Of a DNA stretch of 64,000 bases, positions 24,052-38,000 are shown piece after piece. The notes below the pieces were generated by a model, which was not told the origin of the DNA, made no database searches, and worked only from the letters and a program-made list of their open reading frames with translations. The stretch is from Octopus vulgaris. Lineage: Eukaryota. The stretch spans positions 47,864,001-47,928,000 of the forward strand of contig OX597824.1 of assembly GCA_951406725.2 (NCBI GenBank). The letters run 5' to 3'. Positions within the stretch are counted from its first letter, which is position 1. Every line of letters begins with the position of its first letter. A program made the translations under genes and the position numbers.

Positions 24052-26896
24052 GTGGTCGACATTCTGGTGGAGGGGAAGATGTCGCGAGCCCTGGTGGACA
24101 CGGGCTGTACAACGACCCTGATGACTACAGAAGTGGCAGAGACGTGGAGTGGAGGAAGCAGTGTTAGGGCTGTCGACGGAAGAGAAGTACACTGCGAAGG
24201 GGTTACGGATGCGCAGATTGTAGTGCAGGGACTACAGCTGACGTTGCGAGCGATTGTGGTTGGTCACTTGGTGGACGAGATTGACGTGGTGATGGGGATG
24301 GATGCAATCACCTGCTTGGGAGGTGTCACCGTTAACGAGGCTGGTGTAACATTTGGGTTAGCAGGGAAACCGTGTAGGGCGAGACTGTGCACCAGCGACA
24401 ACCATGAGGAAAAGGATGCGGCACACACCATTGAAGACCAGAATTTTCGGGCTGTCTTTGATGGCAAGAGGTGGACAGTGAAGTGGCACTGGAAGGGAGA
24501 GCCCCTGATGTTAAAGAATAAAGTGGGCTGCTATCAGCATTCTCAAAAAGGAGATACCAGAAGTGAGTTCGAGGGGGAGGTGGAGCGGTGGATTAAGGAG
24601 GCCATATTGATCCCTTGGGAAAAAGAAGAGAGCGGAGTCCTGCCACTGATGGCGGTGATACAGCCCACAAAGCATAAGGTCAGGCCAGTGCTTGACTTCC
24701 AAGAGCTGAATGACCACGTGTCGTGTCATACAGGCGGCGAGGCCACGGATGTCTGCGGAGACACCTTGCGAGAGTGGAGGCAGACGACGGGGGCCTCCAC
24801 GATTGTTGATTTGAAGTCGGCATACCTACAGGTGCATGTGGCTGAGAAATTATGGAAGTACCAGCTCGTCAGCTATAAGGGCCGGACGTACTGTCTGACC
24901 AGGTGGGGATTCGGGCTGAATTCAGCGCCAAAGATTATGGCAACAATTCTCAAGGCCATCCTGGGGAAGGTGGACAGAGTAAAAAGGGCCACCAATTCAT
25001 ACATCGATGACATTCTGGTGGATGAAACCGTGATACCAGCAACAGAGGTCATAGGCCACCTGAAGAGTTTTGGACTAATCGCCAAGCCGCCAGAGGCAAT
25101 GGAGGGAGGTGCCGCACTGGGCCTCAAGCTATGGAGAGACAAGGCTGGCGCATTGGTGTTCCGGCGAGGGAATGAGGTCCCTGAGCTGGGCGCCAGCATG
25201 AGTAGACAGGAACTGTTCTGTGTGTGGGAAGCTGGTGGGACATTACCCGATTGCAGGTTGGCTCCGAACAGCATGTAGCTTCATCAAGAGACGACCCGAA
25301 GGAGTGAAGTGGAATGATAGAGTGGGGGAGAGGACGATCGACATGATGCAGGAAGTCTTGGTCAGAGTAGGAGCAGAGGACCCAGTGAGGGGCAGCTGGT
25401 ATGTTCCCAAATCAAAGAGTGAGATCGTATGGTGTGACGCCAGTAGCATCGCAATAGGGGTTGTCTTAGAAGTGGGAGGTGTCACGGTGGAAGATGCAGC
25501 CTGGCTCAGGAAGACGGATGACTGCAATCATATCAACGTGGCGGAGTTGGATGCCATGTTGAAGGGGGTGAACCTAGCCTTGAAGTGGGGGTTTCACACC
25601 ATAGAAATCAGGACTGATTCGGCCACTGTACTTGGTTGGGCAACAGCAGTCATCACCGATGAGCGGAGGGTGCGGACCAAAGGGGCTGCAGAGATGCTGG
25701 TAAAGCGTCGATTGGGAATACTGCGTGAACTAACCACTGAGTTCAATCTGAAGCTGAGCGTGATCTTTGTGCCTTCCGAGAAGAACAGGGCAGACGTCCT
25801 GACCAGGGTAAAGCGAGCCTGGTTGCAGGTGCCAGAGGATGCGAAGCAGGCTGTAGCTGCAGTATGCTGTCTGAGCGACTCGGAGTTGCGAAGACTGCAC
25901 TCCATGCATCACATGGGTGTGGACAGGACATTGTTCCTAGCCAGAAAAGTTGACTCCGACGTAACAAGACAGAGCATGCAGAGAGTCGTTAGCAGTTGTG
26001 ACAGGTGCCAGTCCATCGACCCTGCTTCGGTCGTGCATGAAGCGGGAAGTATTCCAGTGGACCAGGACTGGAAACGACTGGCAGTGGACATAACACACTA
26101 CCGGCAGGGGACATACCTCTCAATGGTTGACTGCGGACCGGGGCAGTTGGCCATATGGAGGGAGATGAAGTCGGGGACCGCAGAGGAAATTGTGAAAGTG
26201 TTGAATGAGATATTCCTGGAACGAGGCCCCGTGGATGAACTGCTTCTGGACAATGGCACTGCATTTTGCTCGGATGTGCTGAAAGAAATGCTTGATGAGT
26301 GGAAGGTCAACCGCTTCTTCAGGGAGGCATACCGACCAAGTGGAAATGGGGTGGTGGAAAGGCATCATCGTACCATCAAGGCCATGGCAGAGAGGGGTCA
26401 CATTTCACCAATCGAGGCCGTGTTTTGGTACAATATGTCGCCAAGATCAGGACAGGCTGAGGAGTTGGTGTCACACAGAGCAATATTCAGGTACGAGTGG
26501 AGGCATCCGTGTACTACATCAATGCCACCCGGGGCAGAGGAAGAGCATGCCTTCGTGCAGGTCGGGGAGGAAGTCTGGGTAAAACCCCCAAATGCACGGT
26601 GTACATCACAATGGGGAAAGGGGACAATAACCTCTGTAAATTCAAAAAATAACATCTCGGTCGATGGTATGCCACGCCACGTTTTGGATATACAGAGGAT
26701 TGTCCATGCCCCAGAGGATGGGACCAGCAGCAGTGGGCAAGACGAAAACAACACCAGTAGACAGGATGACGAGGCCAGCAGCAACACACCAGGAACAAGT
26801 CCTAGGGTCGCACTGCGACCACAGAGGGAACGGCACCCTCCTCCCTGGTTGGCTGATTATGAAACCAGTTCAGGTGCGGGAGCGGGGAGCGAGTGA
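24052..26896 (+). pseudogene. Pol (protease, RT, RNase H, integrase) with a frameshift near 25215
   Basis: LVDTG; VDLKSAY, GFGLNSAP, YIDD; CDAS, AELDA, TDS, NRAD; H..HH..C..C and integrase D-D-E (VDIT, LDNG, NGVVER); split over ORFs 24052..25278 and 25220..26896. Confidence 0.9.
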
Positions 26897-26934
26897 GAAA
26901 GCCGGTTCAGTGATCTGTAGATCAGGGGGGGGCG

Positions 26935-27182
26935 TGTGGTGTTGGTGAGAGGATGACAGATAGGGGAGGGCGGAAGTAGGGCTTGCAAGGCGCATGCGCG
27001 GCAGGAAGCGGAAGCGGCAGTGAGGACGCACGTGTGGGATCGAGGTGTTGCTGTTGAGACGACGAAGGCACCAGACGTATCGAGCTAGCTGAGAAAGATC
27101 CGAACTAATCTTCGCCGAGGTAAGGCCTGATTGTATTTCATTCTCCCTTTTTCTGTTGTCCTCTTTCATCGTTCACACCACA
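26935..27182 (+). repeat. 3' LTR
   Basis: Preceded by a G-rich PPT, followed by TSD gtcac. Confidence 0.95.
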
Positions 27183-29807
27183 GTCACCATCTTCATCTTT
27201 CTGATGTTTACCTTCTTATCAGACATGCCTTCCACCTACTCATCTTCTCTTTCAATCCATCTTTAATCTCTGCAATTAATGATAATAAAATTCAATGAAA
27301 ATCCAGACAAACTGATACCTGAATTTGAATAGAGTTTATTTATATTTAAAAACAAAATAATTGTTTTGGGGAGCATTAATTCCCAAGAAAACAACAGAGA
27401 GAGAGAGAGAGTTGACTGGATTAATAAATCTTCAGGAACCAAGACAAAAATGAACAACACTTTTGTATCAGGTTTGACTGATTCATCGGCATTAGAATCA
27501 TCGGCATTAGAATCCTTAGATACAAGTGTGGCCCAGGTCACAGCATCAAGTACACTCAAAGATTCTCAATTCAAAGAGTTGTCTATCTGAAATTTCTTGT
27601 TTTCAAGGGATTTCTGTCAAGTTGAGGTTTTTGCTGAAATGACAGTTTAAAAACTGTTAACATTAAAATCAAAAATATCCAATCAGTCCTAATTACAAGA
27701 TTTCAAACAATCACTAACGATGGTATATAACAATAAAGTCAATACCAAAATAATCCATGAAGTGGGATATTTGGATGTGAAGATTTGCAGCAGTGTTCTA
27801 TGTCATTATTTGTTTAGGAGAAAGGCACTACTTAAAACAGAGTTTCCTTCCCCATCATAGTTTGCTTCTTGTGATATGTATTATGCATGGGCAATCATGG
27901 CTGGTAGTTATGTAGTTCACTTCACAACCAAGAAGTTTTGGTTAGTTGTCTCCTTCAATACCCAGGCTGAGCAAGGCTTAGTGAATGAATTTGGTTGACA
28001 GAAACTGTAGGAAGCCAGTTACATGCATTTGTGTGTGTGTGTGTGTGTGTAGACATATATACATACATATACCCACAGCTGTATACATACATACATATGT
28101 CTCAGTGAAAACCACAATAAAATGTAAACATAATAGAGCTGACAACATAGTGACTTGTGACAAAGAGAAACTATGTACAGTAGTAGAAATCAACTGCCCA
28201 GTGAATGTTAACATAAAGCTACAATCAATGAAAAAGAAAATATCTAAGTTGAACTATTGAGAGATCTACAGTAACTCCACCCAGATTACAAATTCAAGTT
28301 TATACCTGTAATTATAGGGGCACTGGGATATATAACACACTGTTTAAGTACTAATCTTGAGAAATTAGGCTTCTCAAAACCAGAAAGGAGAAAGCTGATT
28401 TGAAGACAACAGACACAAACCATCACTACATTTGTAAAATTTATCATTTAAGTATATATGCGCATGTCTAGATATGCAAACCACATGCATGAGAATACAT
28501 ACATAAAACAAAACATACAAATCTGCATATGCACTGACTCCAAATATTGCACATATTCAAACATACATGGAAAAATACTTTGTTGATGATGTTGAAAGAG
28601 CTTTGGATCTAGGTTAGAAACTGGCTCTTTCTCTATTGACATGAAATCTTGAAATAAAACTAAATAATGACATACATGTATGTATATGTACATGAGGTCC
28701 CATGATTAAAAAGTGAATGATATGCAATCCCGGTTGATAAAATGACAGGCTGCTTTGCACTTTTGAAGACAGATAGAATATAAAAAAAAACCTAACTTGA
28801 AAAAACAGGTGAAAGTTGGAGGCAGAAAAAGCATCTGGCCATAAAATCCTATTTCAGACATGTTCCCATCCAAACCCATGCTCGTATTAAAAAAGAAATG
28901 GATATCAACCAAGTGAATATAAGATTCTGTAGCTTTCATCTACCAAATTTCATTGACAAGGTATTAGTCAACTTAAGGCTATAGTAGACATGCTTAAGGT
29001 TCTGTGCAGTGGTATTGAATCTAGAGCCACATGTTTGTGAAGTGAACCTCTTAACCATATAGCCATGCCTGCATGCAGGCACTGACAAATGGACAGTTAG
29101 ATAGATAGATGGAGGAATGGGGATGGACAGGCAGACAGACAGACACACACACACACACAAAAGTTAGAAATGAATGAAGTACTTAGAGGGAAGTGAGAGT
29201 TAAGTATTGAAAAAAAAAGTTGAAAATTATAGGTTAAGTAAAAAGGAACTCTAAAAAAATGAAATAGAGAATAAGAGAAAAGGAAAGATGCTGAAAAAAA
29301 ACAAACAAACCAAATCTTGAAGCAAATGAAATGACAGAAAGAAAAGTGGCAGTAAAGTATTTTGACATAAATGCCAGTATTGAGATTAATGCAGTATACC
29401 TTGAGTGAAGACAGGCAGGAGCTCAGTTTAATTTCAATGAATTAACTTTGGATACAAATGTTAGATCCATCTTCACATGTAAACAATATGCCACAACCAA
29501 CTGAAAATAAAATAGAACAAAAGTGATTTTGTGACATTGTAGGAGTTGGATTTTCTTTAAGAGGAAATTCAATAAAGCTAGTTTTCTGACAACTTTTGGC
29601 ACTCCAAACTCCAAGAAATCTGAAGACAATTACCTATTTTTTTTCTTTGTTTCATGTCTTACTTAGAAGAAATGATCAACTGATGTCGTTAATGTTTAAT
29701 TTGAACATCTCTAAGTTGATGTCATGCAGGAAAATATAGGAGTAAAGAGAATTGCAGCCAGTGGTTTCTTACACAGGTGTGATGCCACAAATTTCATGAG
29801 AGGAGAG

Positions 29808-29856
<49 letters not shown>

Positions 29857-32346
29857 CTTTAGTGCTTAACTGGTACTTTATTTTATTAATACCAAAAAAA
29901 TTAAAGGCAAAAAACTGACCTTGTGAGGATTTGAACTCAGAACAAAATGGTACATAAATACTGACAAGTATTTAGTCAGGTATTTTGTTTATATTATGCT
30001 AATATCCACTTCCCTAGTATAAGCAACAAAAGGGTATTCCAAGTTGAGATGAAAGTTCTACGAAATACCAGTCTTAGTTGTAGATAGATGATATAATCAA
30101 ATGTATAGACAACAAACATTATCAGTGGCTTGATTTAATCTTTTACTTTCATCTTGTTCCATGTGTTACTGGTTATGGACCTTAGATCATAAGTATTGAG
30201 AAAATGGTTTAGTTGCTATAATTTGTTACATAGGCACAAACCATAATTTTTAAGGTGTGGTGGTGGCAGGGTTAGTTAATTAAATTAACCCCAATACTTG
30301 ATTGGTACTTTATTTTATCAGCCTATAGAAAGAGGAAAGGCAAATCTGATTTTCATGAAACTCGGAATACAAAGAGCTAGAACAAATATGTCAAGGAATA
30401 TTGTCTGATGTTCTGATCATTCTGATGGTTCATCCTATAAAAGAGAAGCTGATCTCCAGCTATCTGTCTGTCTGTCTGTCACAAAATATATGTGAAGGCA
30501 GGGAAGAAGGGGAGGAAAAAGTTGTTGTTGAGTGAGAAATACAGTGAGATAGAGAGTGTGTGTGAAAGATAGATAGACAAGTAGTATTGGCACCATAATG
30601 ACTAACAAGTTTTGATTAAAAACATGAAAATTTCAAGTGCAAATCTGTCAACACAATGCAACACAGCAAAAAAAAAAAAAAAAGACTTTCACTACAATAA
30701 CAATATAGTTACTTTTTTTATTACTTGTGTATGTGTGTTTCTGTATGTCTTTTAATACAAGACTTTAAAAAGAAACTTTCACTATAACATCAGGTTATTG
30801 TTGTTTTTGAGAGAGAGAAAGAGAGAGAAATTGTGTGTGTATATGTGAAAGATAGAATTAAAATTTGTTTCAAGAAAAAACAGGTTGTTGTTGTTGAGAG
30901 AGAGAGAGGGGGAGTGTGTGCGTGTGCATGCGAAAGATAGATAGGCAGAGTGTTGTCACCAATAGTAACTAACAAGACTTCACTATATAACAATCAACTA
31001 TTAAAAGAAGGTAGTGCATGGTTAACAAATATTTTACCAGCAGTGTAGTGATGGGTAAAGACCTAGTTTCTTATAATAACAACAACAGCAGTTTATATGA
31101 ACCAAGATATTTTTCTGAGATGAACTTTAAAGCTGGCTGAGTTCATAGAATGCTGGCCTACAACATGAAGGTTCAATAGTTCATCAATAATGTTGTATTG
31201 AGTAAGTTAACCACATATGCAACGACACTTACCATTCAATAATCTAGTCAGCTCACTGCTGAATACAGAAGTAAGATGCTGTGGTCTTAAAATGTTTTGC
31301 TAACTTGCAGCACCAAGGTCAATAACATTAAATACATTTATGATTTAATTAGTTATTATAATTATTGTAAAACCTAAAATATGAAGACACAGACTTCCAA
31401 TACACAGTCCTTCTATGTAGTTCTGAATTTATCTTTTTCAGTATTATCATATTTGTGAGGTTCAGTGTAAGGCTGAACTACAAGGTATATAAGTATATGG
31501 AGGGTGCCAGATGTGTTAAGAAGTGCTGAATTTCCTAAGTGAATAGAATCCATGGATGAGGGAGTACAAAAAGACATATGATAAAGTGGTGAAAACTGAT
31601 CCTAAGAAGTTGAAGTTGATAAAAGACCACAGACTCTGAGAAAGTGCTGAGTTGGAAAGGACTGGTCTAACCAATGCAAGTATGGAAAAATGGAGATTGG
31701 TGTGTACAGTATCTACAACGTACAATATTTATCAGTAGCTATTACGTTCATATTAAATTTCCATACTCAGCCTTCTCTTTCTCTTTGTCACTTTTTTCAT
31801 CTCCCACTCACCTGTCTTCAACCAATGTGCCTCCCTACTATTGCCCTATATCTCTCCCACAGTGCACCAGCATAATGAAGGATGGTAGTGTATTGGCTCT
31901 CTCTGTTTGTTTGTGATCCTCACTTGACCATCACCCATTTCTTAATTGCTAGCCATCCCTTTCTCTCTTTTTCTCTCCTAATACTCTCTCAGTCATCACT
32001 CACTACTGACACTCATCACTCCCTAACTTTTACCAGCACCCATCCTCTTTGCAAACCAGCACTAATTCTCACTTGATTCTTCCTCCAGCACTTATTGTCG
32101 ACATTTCTCTCTCTCACTTCTAGAACTCCCTCTTCTGTCATTCAGTCTCTCACTATCCCTTACTCTTATCTGTCAAGTAGCTTATTCTGTTTGTATTCAA
32201 TATTCTTACCAACAATCATTGTATAGCTGTCTGTCATTCTCTCTTCCTTTATATAACCCACTCATGCCTATCACTCTAGTTCTCTTCTGTTACTTTCTCC
32301 AGCCCATGGGAAAACAGATATAAATTTATGATGGTGATGATGGTAC

Positions 32347-32680
32347 TAACCTTAGTTAGTTAGTTAGGACTGCGTGCTCAAGGAACATAGAGCTACCAGA
32401 GCCTTCCTGTCATTTCTTTCAAGTGTCAAGCCTCCAAACCTCATCCCAGCCATTGCCATCACCCATGAGATCCATTTTCATTACTGCTAACCACTTCTTC
32501 AGACATCCTTTCTTCCTAGGACCCAGTGGAGACTACTGATGATACTGGTGTGGATGTTGGGAGGAATCCAACCTGATTGCCCAAGCCAGTTTATCCTCCT
32601 GCTAACCATCAAATGATTTAGTGTGCATGAGAACCCTGATTTTCTTAGATTGATGACACAGTCTCTGTATGAAATTTCAT
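32347..32680 (-). mobile_element. Degenerate LINE 3' end with (TAAC)n tail
   Basis: Minus strand RRINWLGQ...KKWLAVMKMDL remnant; ttagttagttag tail. Confidence 0.5.
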
Positions 32681-33425
32681 AATCTTAGAAGAAAAAAAAG
32701 GGAAAAACCCCAAAATCTCTTGACATTCACCATAACCATCTCCTTCTCATCCACTCAAAATAACTTAATGTAATTTGACAATACAGTGGAACCTCAGTTT
32801 ACAAATGCATCTCATCACAAACAAATTAGTTTATGAACAATTTTTCAAACATAAAACATTTCAGATGACAAACAGTGTCCCAAGTAATGAACATGTAAGC
32901 TGGCACAAACAGTTGGTGACAAACTGGGAGTATCAGCAGGAGAGCATTGTTGCGGTCTAGCTTTTTCTCAGTACACATCTCTGTTTGAATTTGCCATGCC
33001 ATCTCTTGAATGTTCTACGGGAAATGTAGTTTCGGTTTACTAACATTTTGGACAATGATTGGTCTTCAGCTTCCACTGAAGCCAATAGTTCTGCTGAACT
33101 TGCAGTTAAACAGGAAATACCATTTATCTTACAAGGAGGAATTAACTAATTTTCTACAAACTGTAGTCTCTCAACAGAACAAGATCAAGCAACAAGGTAT
33201 CTTTCTAATGATTCAGAAACCTATTGTTCTAATTTTACTAAGAATTTGGAACATATTCTCCTAAGTTTCATTCCACATCAAGACATATACAAGTTTCAAA
33301 AACAGAAATATGCATTGGGAATACAGATAGTAAAATGAATAGAAATACCAGAGAACTATCCATAGATTGGTGGTTTTGATCCTGTCACTTGTACAGTATT
33401 ACATTCATGGAAAGGACATTAATTA

Positions 33426-33581
33426 TCAGACACTGTCAGTCAGTCCTACAAAGGGCACCATAAATAAGGAACAGCACATTGCTGTAAACAGCAGATTAAA
33501 TATTTCATAGTCCTGGAGTTTACCAATAACAACTCCCTTCTCTTCTTTGGTTGTCTTCAGTTCTTTCTTGAGACTTTCAAT
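33426..33581 (-). CDS. Coiled-coil gene putative last coding exon
   Basis: Strong acceptor ttttctctccag|ATT; IESLKKELKTTKEEKGVVIGKLQDYEIFNLLFTAMCCSLFMVPFVGLTDSV*. Confidence 0.6.
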   Translation of the reverse strand: MESLKKELKTTKEEKGVVIGKLQDYEIFNLLFTAMCCSLFMVPFVGLTDSV

Positions 33582-34187
33582 CTGGAGAGAAAAAATAAAA
33601 AGGTCGAAATTATGCTTTAGTTTCCATGCAGTATCTGTACTACAATCTGCAAATTGTTAAGTTAAAAAACACACATGTTCAAGATACTTAACTCTGTTGT
33701 TACCATACTTCTATTAGAAATACACTGACTTTGTTTCAATTAATTTTGAAAATAATGAAAAATTTAAATAACTTTATCACTATTAAGATGGTGTTTCAAA
33801 CATAATTTTACATGAAATTTTAATGGAAAGTTTTAATTTAGATTAGTTCAAAACAGGAAGTTTGTGTAATAGAATCTGAAACTGTCTTGTTTTTATTTAC
33901 ACAACATAGAATAGATCACTTAGTACAAGCCTTTAAAATCAGACAAGATGCATTTGTAGATTCATATTTTACACATTGAGTTTAATCCATTGGCATTATA
34001 GGCATTGATAGAATACCAACAAGTTGAGTTACTCACCTTTTTCCTCATACAATATATTGATATTTAGCAGAAGCAACAGAGTGACTCAAGGGCTGAGAGC
34101 TTCATGCATTGGCACTTATCAAACTAGTATATACATGTACTCATATTTTGAGTTCTATTTTTCCTGTTTGCATCACCATACATACAT

Positions 34188-34229
<42 letters not shown>

Positions 34230-35005
34230 TACATACATACATACATACATGCATGCATGCATACTACATACATAGATAATACATACATATATATATATGG
34301 TGTGGGTGTGTCTGTGGGGGATGCACACTAAATTCACAACCAAGAATCAAAACCTCAGTTATCATGCTTTTGTCTATTGTTCTCAGAATTTGCACTCAGA
34401 ATTTATTAGCATCACCTGTCAAGTTCATCACCATCTCAGTTGAGTTAAATTTAGATAGTCCATCCAATTCCATTGTTACTGAACTTGTTCAACTTCAGTA
34501 CAGTTATTAATTTGAGACACCTACAGAAAAACATTTACTTTTCTTTGCAAATTTTAGTGAGTTAACTTCTCTGTCTCTCTTTTCTTCAGTTACCCATAGA
34601 CAGTTAACTTGTCATCAATGGCAAACCTTGTGTGAGCTTTACATCATTACATTTCACCTTCCACACAACTTAGTAGGAGACCGCTACGACAACAGCAAGA
34701 AGGTCTCTAGTAAATCAGACTCACATTTGTATCTACTTCCAAATCATTGTAGTTGTGAAAAACCTTGTAACAGTTGAACAGCAGCCATGATAAGTATAAA
34801 CTATCGTCTGTTGATTTATTTCAAAGCATCTAGAAATTACCAGTTATACAACATGCAATCTTAACCACCCAAACCAGTCTAGTACATCTTATGCATTGCA
34901 AATAGTCTTTCTTTTCTGTCTATTTATATGTGTATGTATATTTCATATATCTAGCCCAAGTGGTTTTATTTCTGTATTTACATCATTATCCCCTCCTTCT
35001 CCCCC

Positions 35006-35043
<38 letters not shown>

Positions 35044-38000
35044 CCATCTATTTATATATATATGTGTGTATGATGATGCCTCATCTTGTCAGAAGATAGC
35101 TCTCTTACATTCAGCCTGATTGTTCTGGCTATCTTTCATCCTTGCATTTGCGCAGATATGACTTTTCAGGTAACTAGGATATGAAATGATAGCAAGACAT
35201 CTGTATATCATTGGATTTAAGTAACAAAAGCCTGTACAACACTTTTGCCACTCTCTCAGTTTGAGTGACAAGCATTGCAAAATGACAGGTACTATTTTGA
35301 CTGCAAGTTTTATGTCAGAATATCTTTCTCCTAGAAGAGCTGCCCTCCCCATGTCTTTGTCAAAAAAAAAAAAAGGAGGGAGCCTCTCAGGGGAAATCTA
35401 TTTAACCCATAGATGGGACCCAGACAAGTACTTACTGGTCTGGATCAGAACAGACCTGGGAATAATGGTAATTAAGGGGTATATTAAATAACATGCAAGA
35501 TAAATTTTGATTTATTGAAACTAACTCTGCTTTAAGAGTTAAGAGAGATCAGTCACTCGATGGCAACTTCAGATAAGAAGAGGAGATAATCTCATGAATC
35601 AAGAATTTTCCTGACATACCTTTAACGAAAAGACAGTCTGATTGCCTGAAGAGAAGCAGACAGCTGTGAACTCTTGTTTCTGCCTTAATATCAAAAGGTA
35701 TCATCTGCACAGCAATTTATGGAAATCAAAGCTTGTCCTGCTTTTTTTTTATAAATGTCTAAGTGCATCATCTGCTGAAAATAAGTTTGGACAATTGATG
35801 TGCTGATAATCCCTACTGAGGCTGAAACCTCTGTACACAGACATCTTATCTTTAGACTCCAAGAGATGAAACAAGTTAAATGAAGAGGAAAACAAAAAGA
35901 TGATAAGAATCCTTTCAGATACAAAGTCTGAAATTTTTGGGGGAAGGGAGAAGTTAATTACATCAATCCAAGTGTTTCACAAGTACTTAATTTATTGACT
36001 CTGAAAGGATGAAAAGTAAAGTCAACCTTGGCAGAATTTGAATTCAGAATGTAAAGACAGGTGAAATACTGCTAAGCATTTTCCCGGCATGCTAACAATT
36101 CTGCCAGCTCACTACCTTCAAAAAATGATAATAATAGTCATCACTGTTATCGCTATGCTCATTATCATCAATATCTATATATCATCATCATCATCGTTTA
36201 GCGTCTGCTTTTCATGCTAGCATAGGTTGGACGGTTCGACTGGCCTAGTCTGATCTGGCAATGTTTCTACGGCTGGATGCCCTTCCTAACGCCAACCACT
36301 CCGTGAGTGTAGTGGGTGCTTTTTACGTGCCAGATGAGGCTGGCAAACGGCCACGATTGGATGGTGCTTTTTACGTGCCACCGGCACGGAGGCCAGTCGG
36401 GGTGGCACTGGCAAGCACATATATATATATGCTTGCAAAGTTTATTCATTTTATAGTTCATTAGTGTTCTTTATCTTTCAATCCTGTGTCATCTCACATA
36501 AAAGTTTCATTTTCAAACAAAGCAAAATAAAAAATATACTACACACGAATTACCTTAGAACATAGATTTTCATGCTTCTTTTTAAGTACCTCTAACTCTC
36601 GAGATGTTGCTATTTCAAGTTTAGTGAGTTCTGTGCTTGCCTTTTTCCACTGTTGACACTCGTTTCTGACTTCATTTATAATTCTGTTTAGTTCGTTGAT
36701 CTCCTCTTCATAAATTTTCTTTTCAGACATCTGTTCATACTCAAATAGCATCATCAACATTTTTTTGTCAGACAGAATTTTCTCACAGTTACTTATGGTT
36801 TCACGTAAGGCCTGTTGAAGTTCTTCACATTGGGATTGTGAAGAGGCTAATTCTCGGGAGTGGCAATCTTTATGTACACACATATGTGGGTGAGTGGACA
36901 AACAAAAGAAAGAGGCACTCAACACATTTAATAGGAGTTACATATATCATTAGTTAAAACAGGTTGATTTGGCCCCATGCAACTTAAAGTTTCGTAAGCT
37001 CATTACAGGTATCTAACTTGTCGGACTCAGGCCGAATCAACCTGTTTTAAATAGAAATAATAATAATAATGATAACAATAATAACAACAACAACAACAAC
37101 AACATCATCAACAACAACATCATCAACAACAACAACAACAACAATATACAATCACACACATGCATATAATGTTGGAAAAAAAAGACATATAATAAAAAAA
37201 AGCATAATACAAAATGTACAAATGGTGAGTAAACATTAAAATCAACTACTGAAATTAAATGAATTCAAATCTATATGTCTCGTATAATGTAGCTGACAAG
37301 TAAGTAAGATCTCAGTAAAGTGCACTGAAAAGTATTTTACAAAAGTTAACCATTCTTCTATTCTGCTACTGGTTTCAGGCACTGGACTGTTCTCTTCCTA
37401 GGGCACAATCTTCTGGAATCTCTAGTGGCTCATACTGATTCCAGTATTTTTTTGTAGTTAATTATTTTATTGGGCTTTACTTGACAATTTGACACAGCAC
37501 AAATCATATTTTAACGTAAACTCTGAGATAGAGGCAAACTAATTATATACAAGTGAATACAGTTTCCATTTATCAGGTAAAATAAGTGCTTCAGTAAGGC
37601 AATGCTCTTGACCAGCAACATTTTGTACATCAGAGACAGTGCTATACATTCTATACATTCTATATGTTAACATATTTTACATGTTTATACAGTCTAGAGT
37701 CTAAAATAGCAAAGCCTCACATTAAGATTCACATTCTACATACAACATTACACTCATAGTTAAAGCATGATTTTTTTCTTCTACTATAATGGAACCAAAC
37801 CCAATAGCTTAACTGTAGGTAATAGCAATTCTTTAAATGGAAATATTTTGACATATGCAAAAGTCCATTGTCTACTGTCAAATACTCCCACAAACCTTCT
37901 TCCTTTCAGATGCTGAAAACATACCACAGTTACCCTGTCTACACTTCCCATCACGTCAATAACTTTAGAGCTGCCTCAGCCAATGTAGACACAATGAGAG

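Larger units (their letters stand above)
22978..27182 (+). mobile_element. Near-complete Ty3/Gypsy-type LTR retrotransposon (4.2 kb)
   Basis: 248-bp LTRs with TG...CA ends, 5-bp TSD gtcac, polypurine tract at 26924-26932, domain order gag-PR-RT-RH-IN. Confidence 0.95.

Noticed and set aside
20516-26836. Many antisense ORFs over the LINE and LTR element
   Set aside because: Shadow ORFs of GC-richer coding sequence
27263-27559. 98-aa minus-strand ORF with a duplicated DSNAD
   Set aside because: In-frame stop just upstream, no compatible acceptor, and it runs into a (CT)n repeat
11270-33581. Coiled-coil exons and NuMA-like exons as one gene
   Set aside because: The CH/Hook domain is N-terminal in this family and has its own ATG exon, and the upstream gene reaches a stop; read-through cannot be excluded without RNA data
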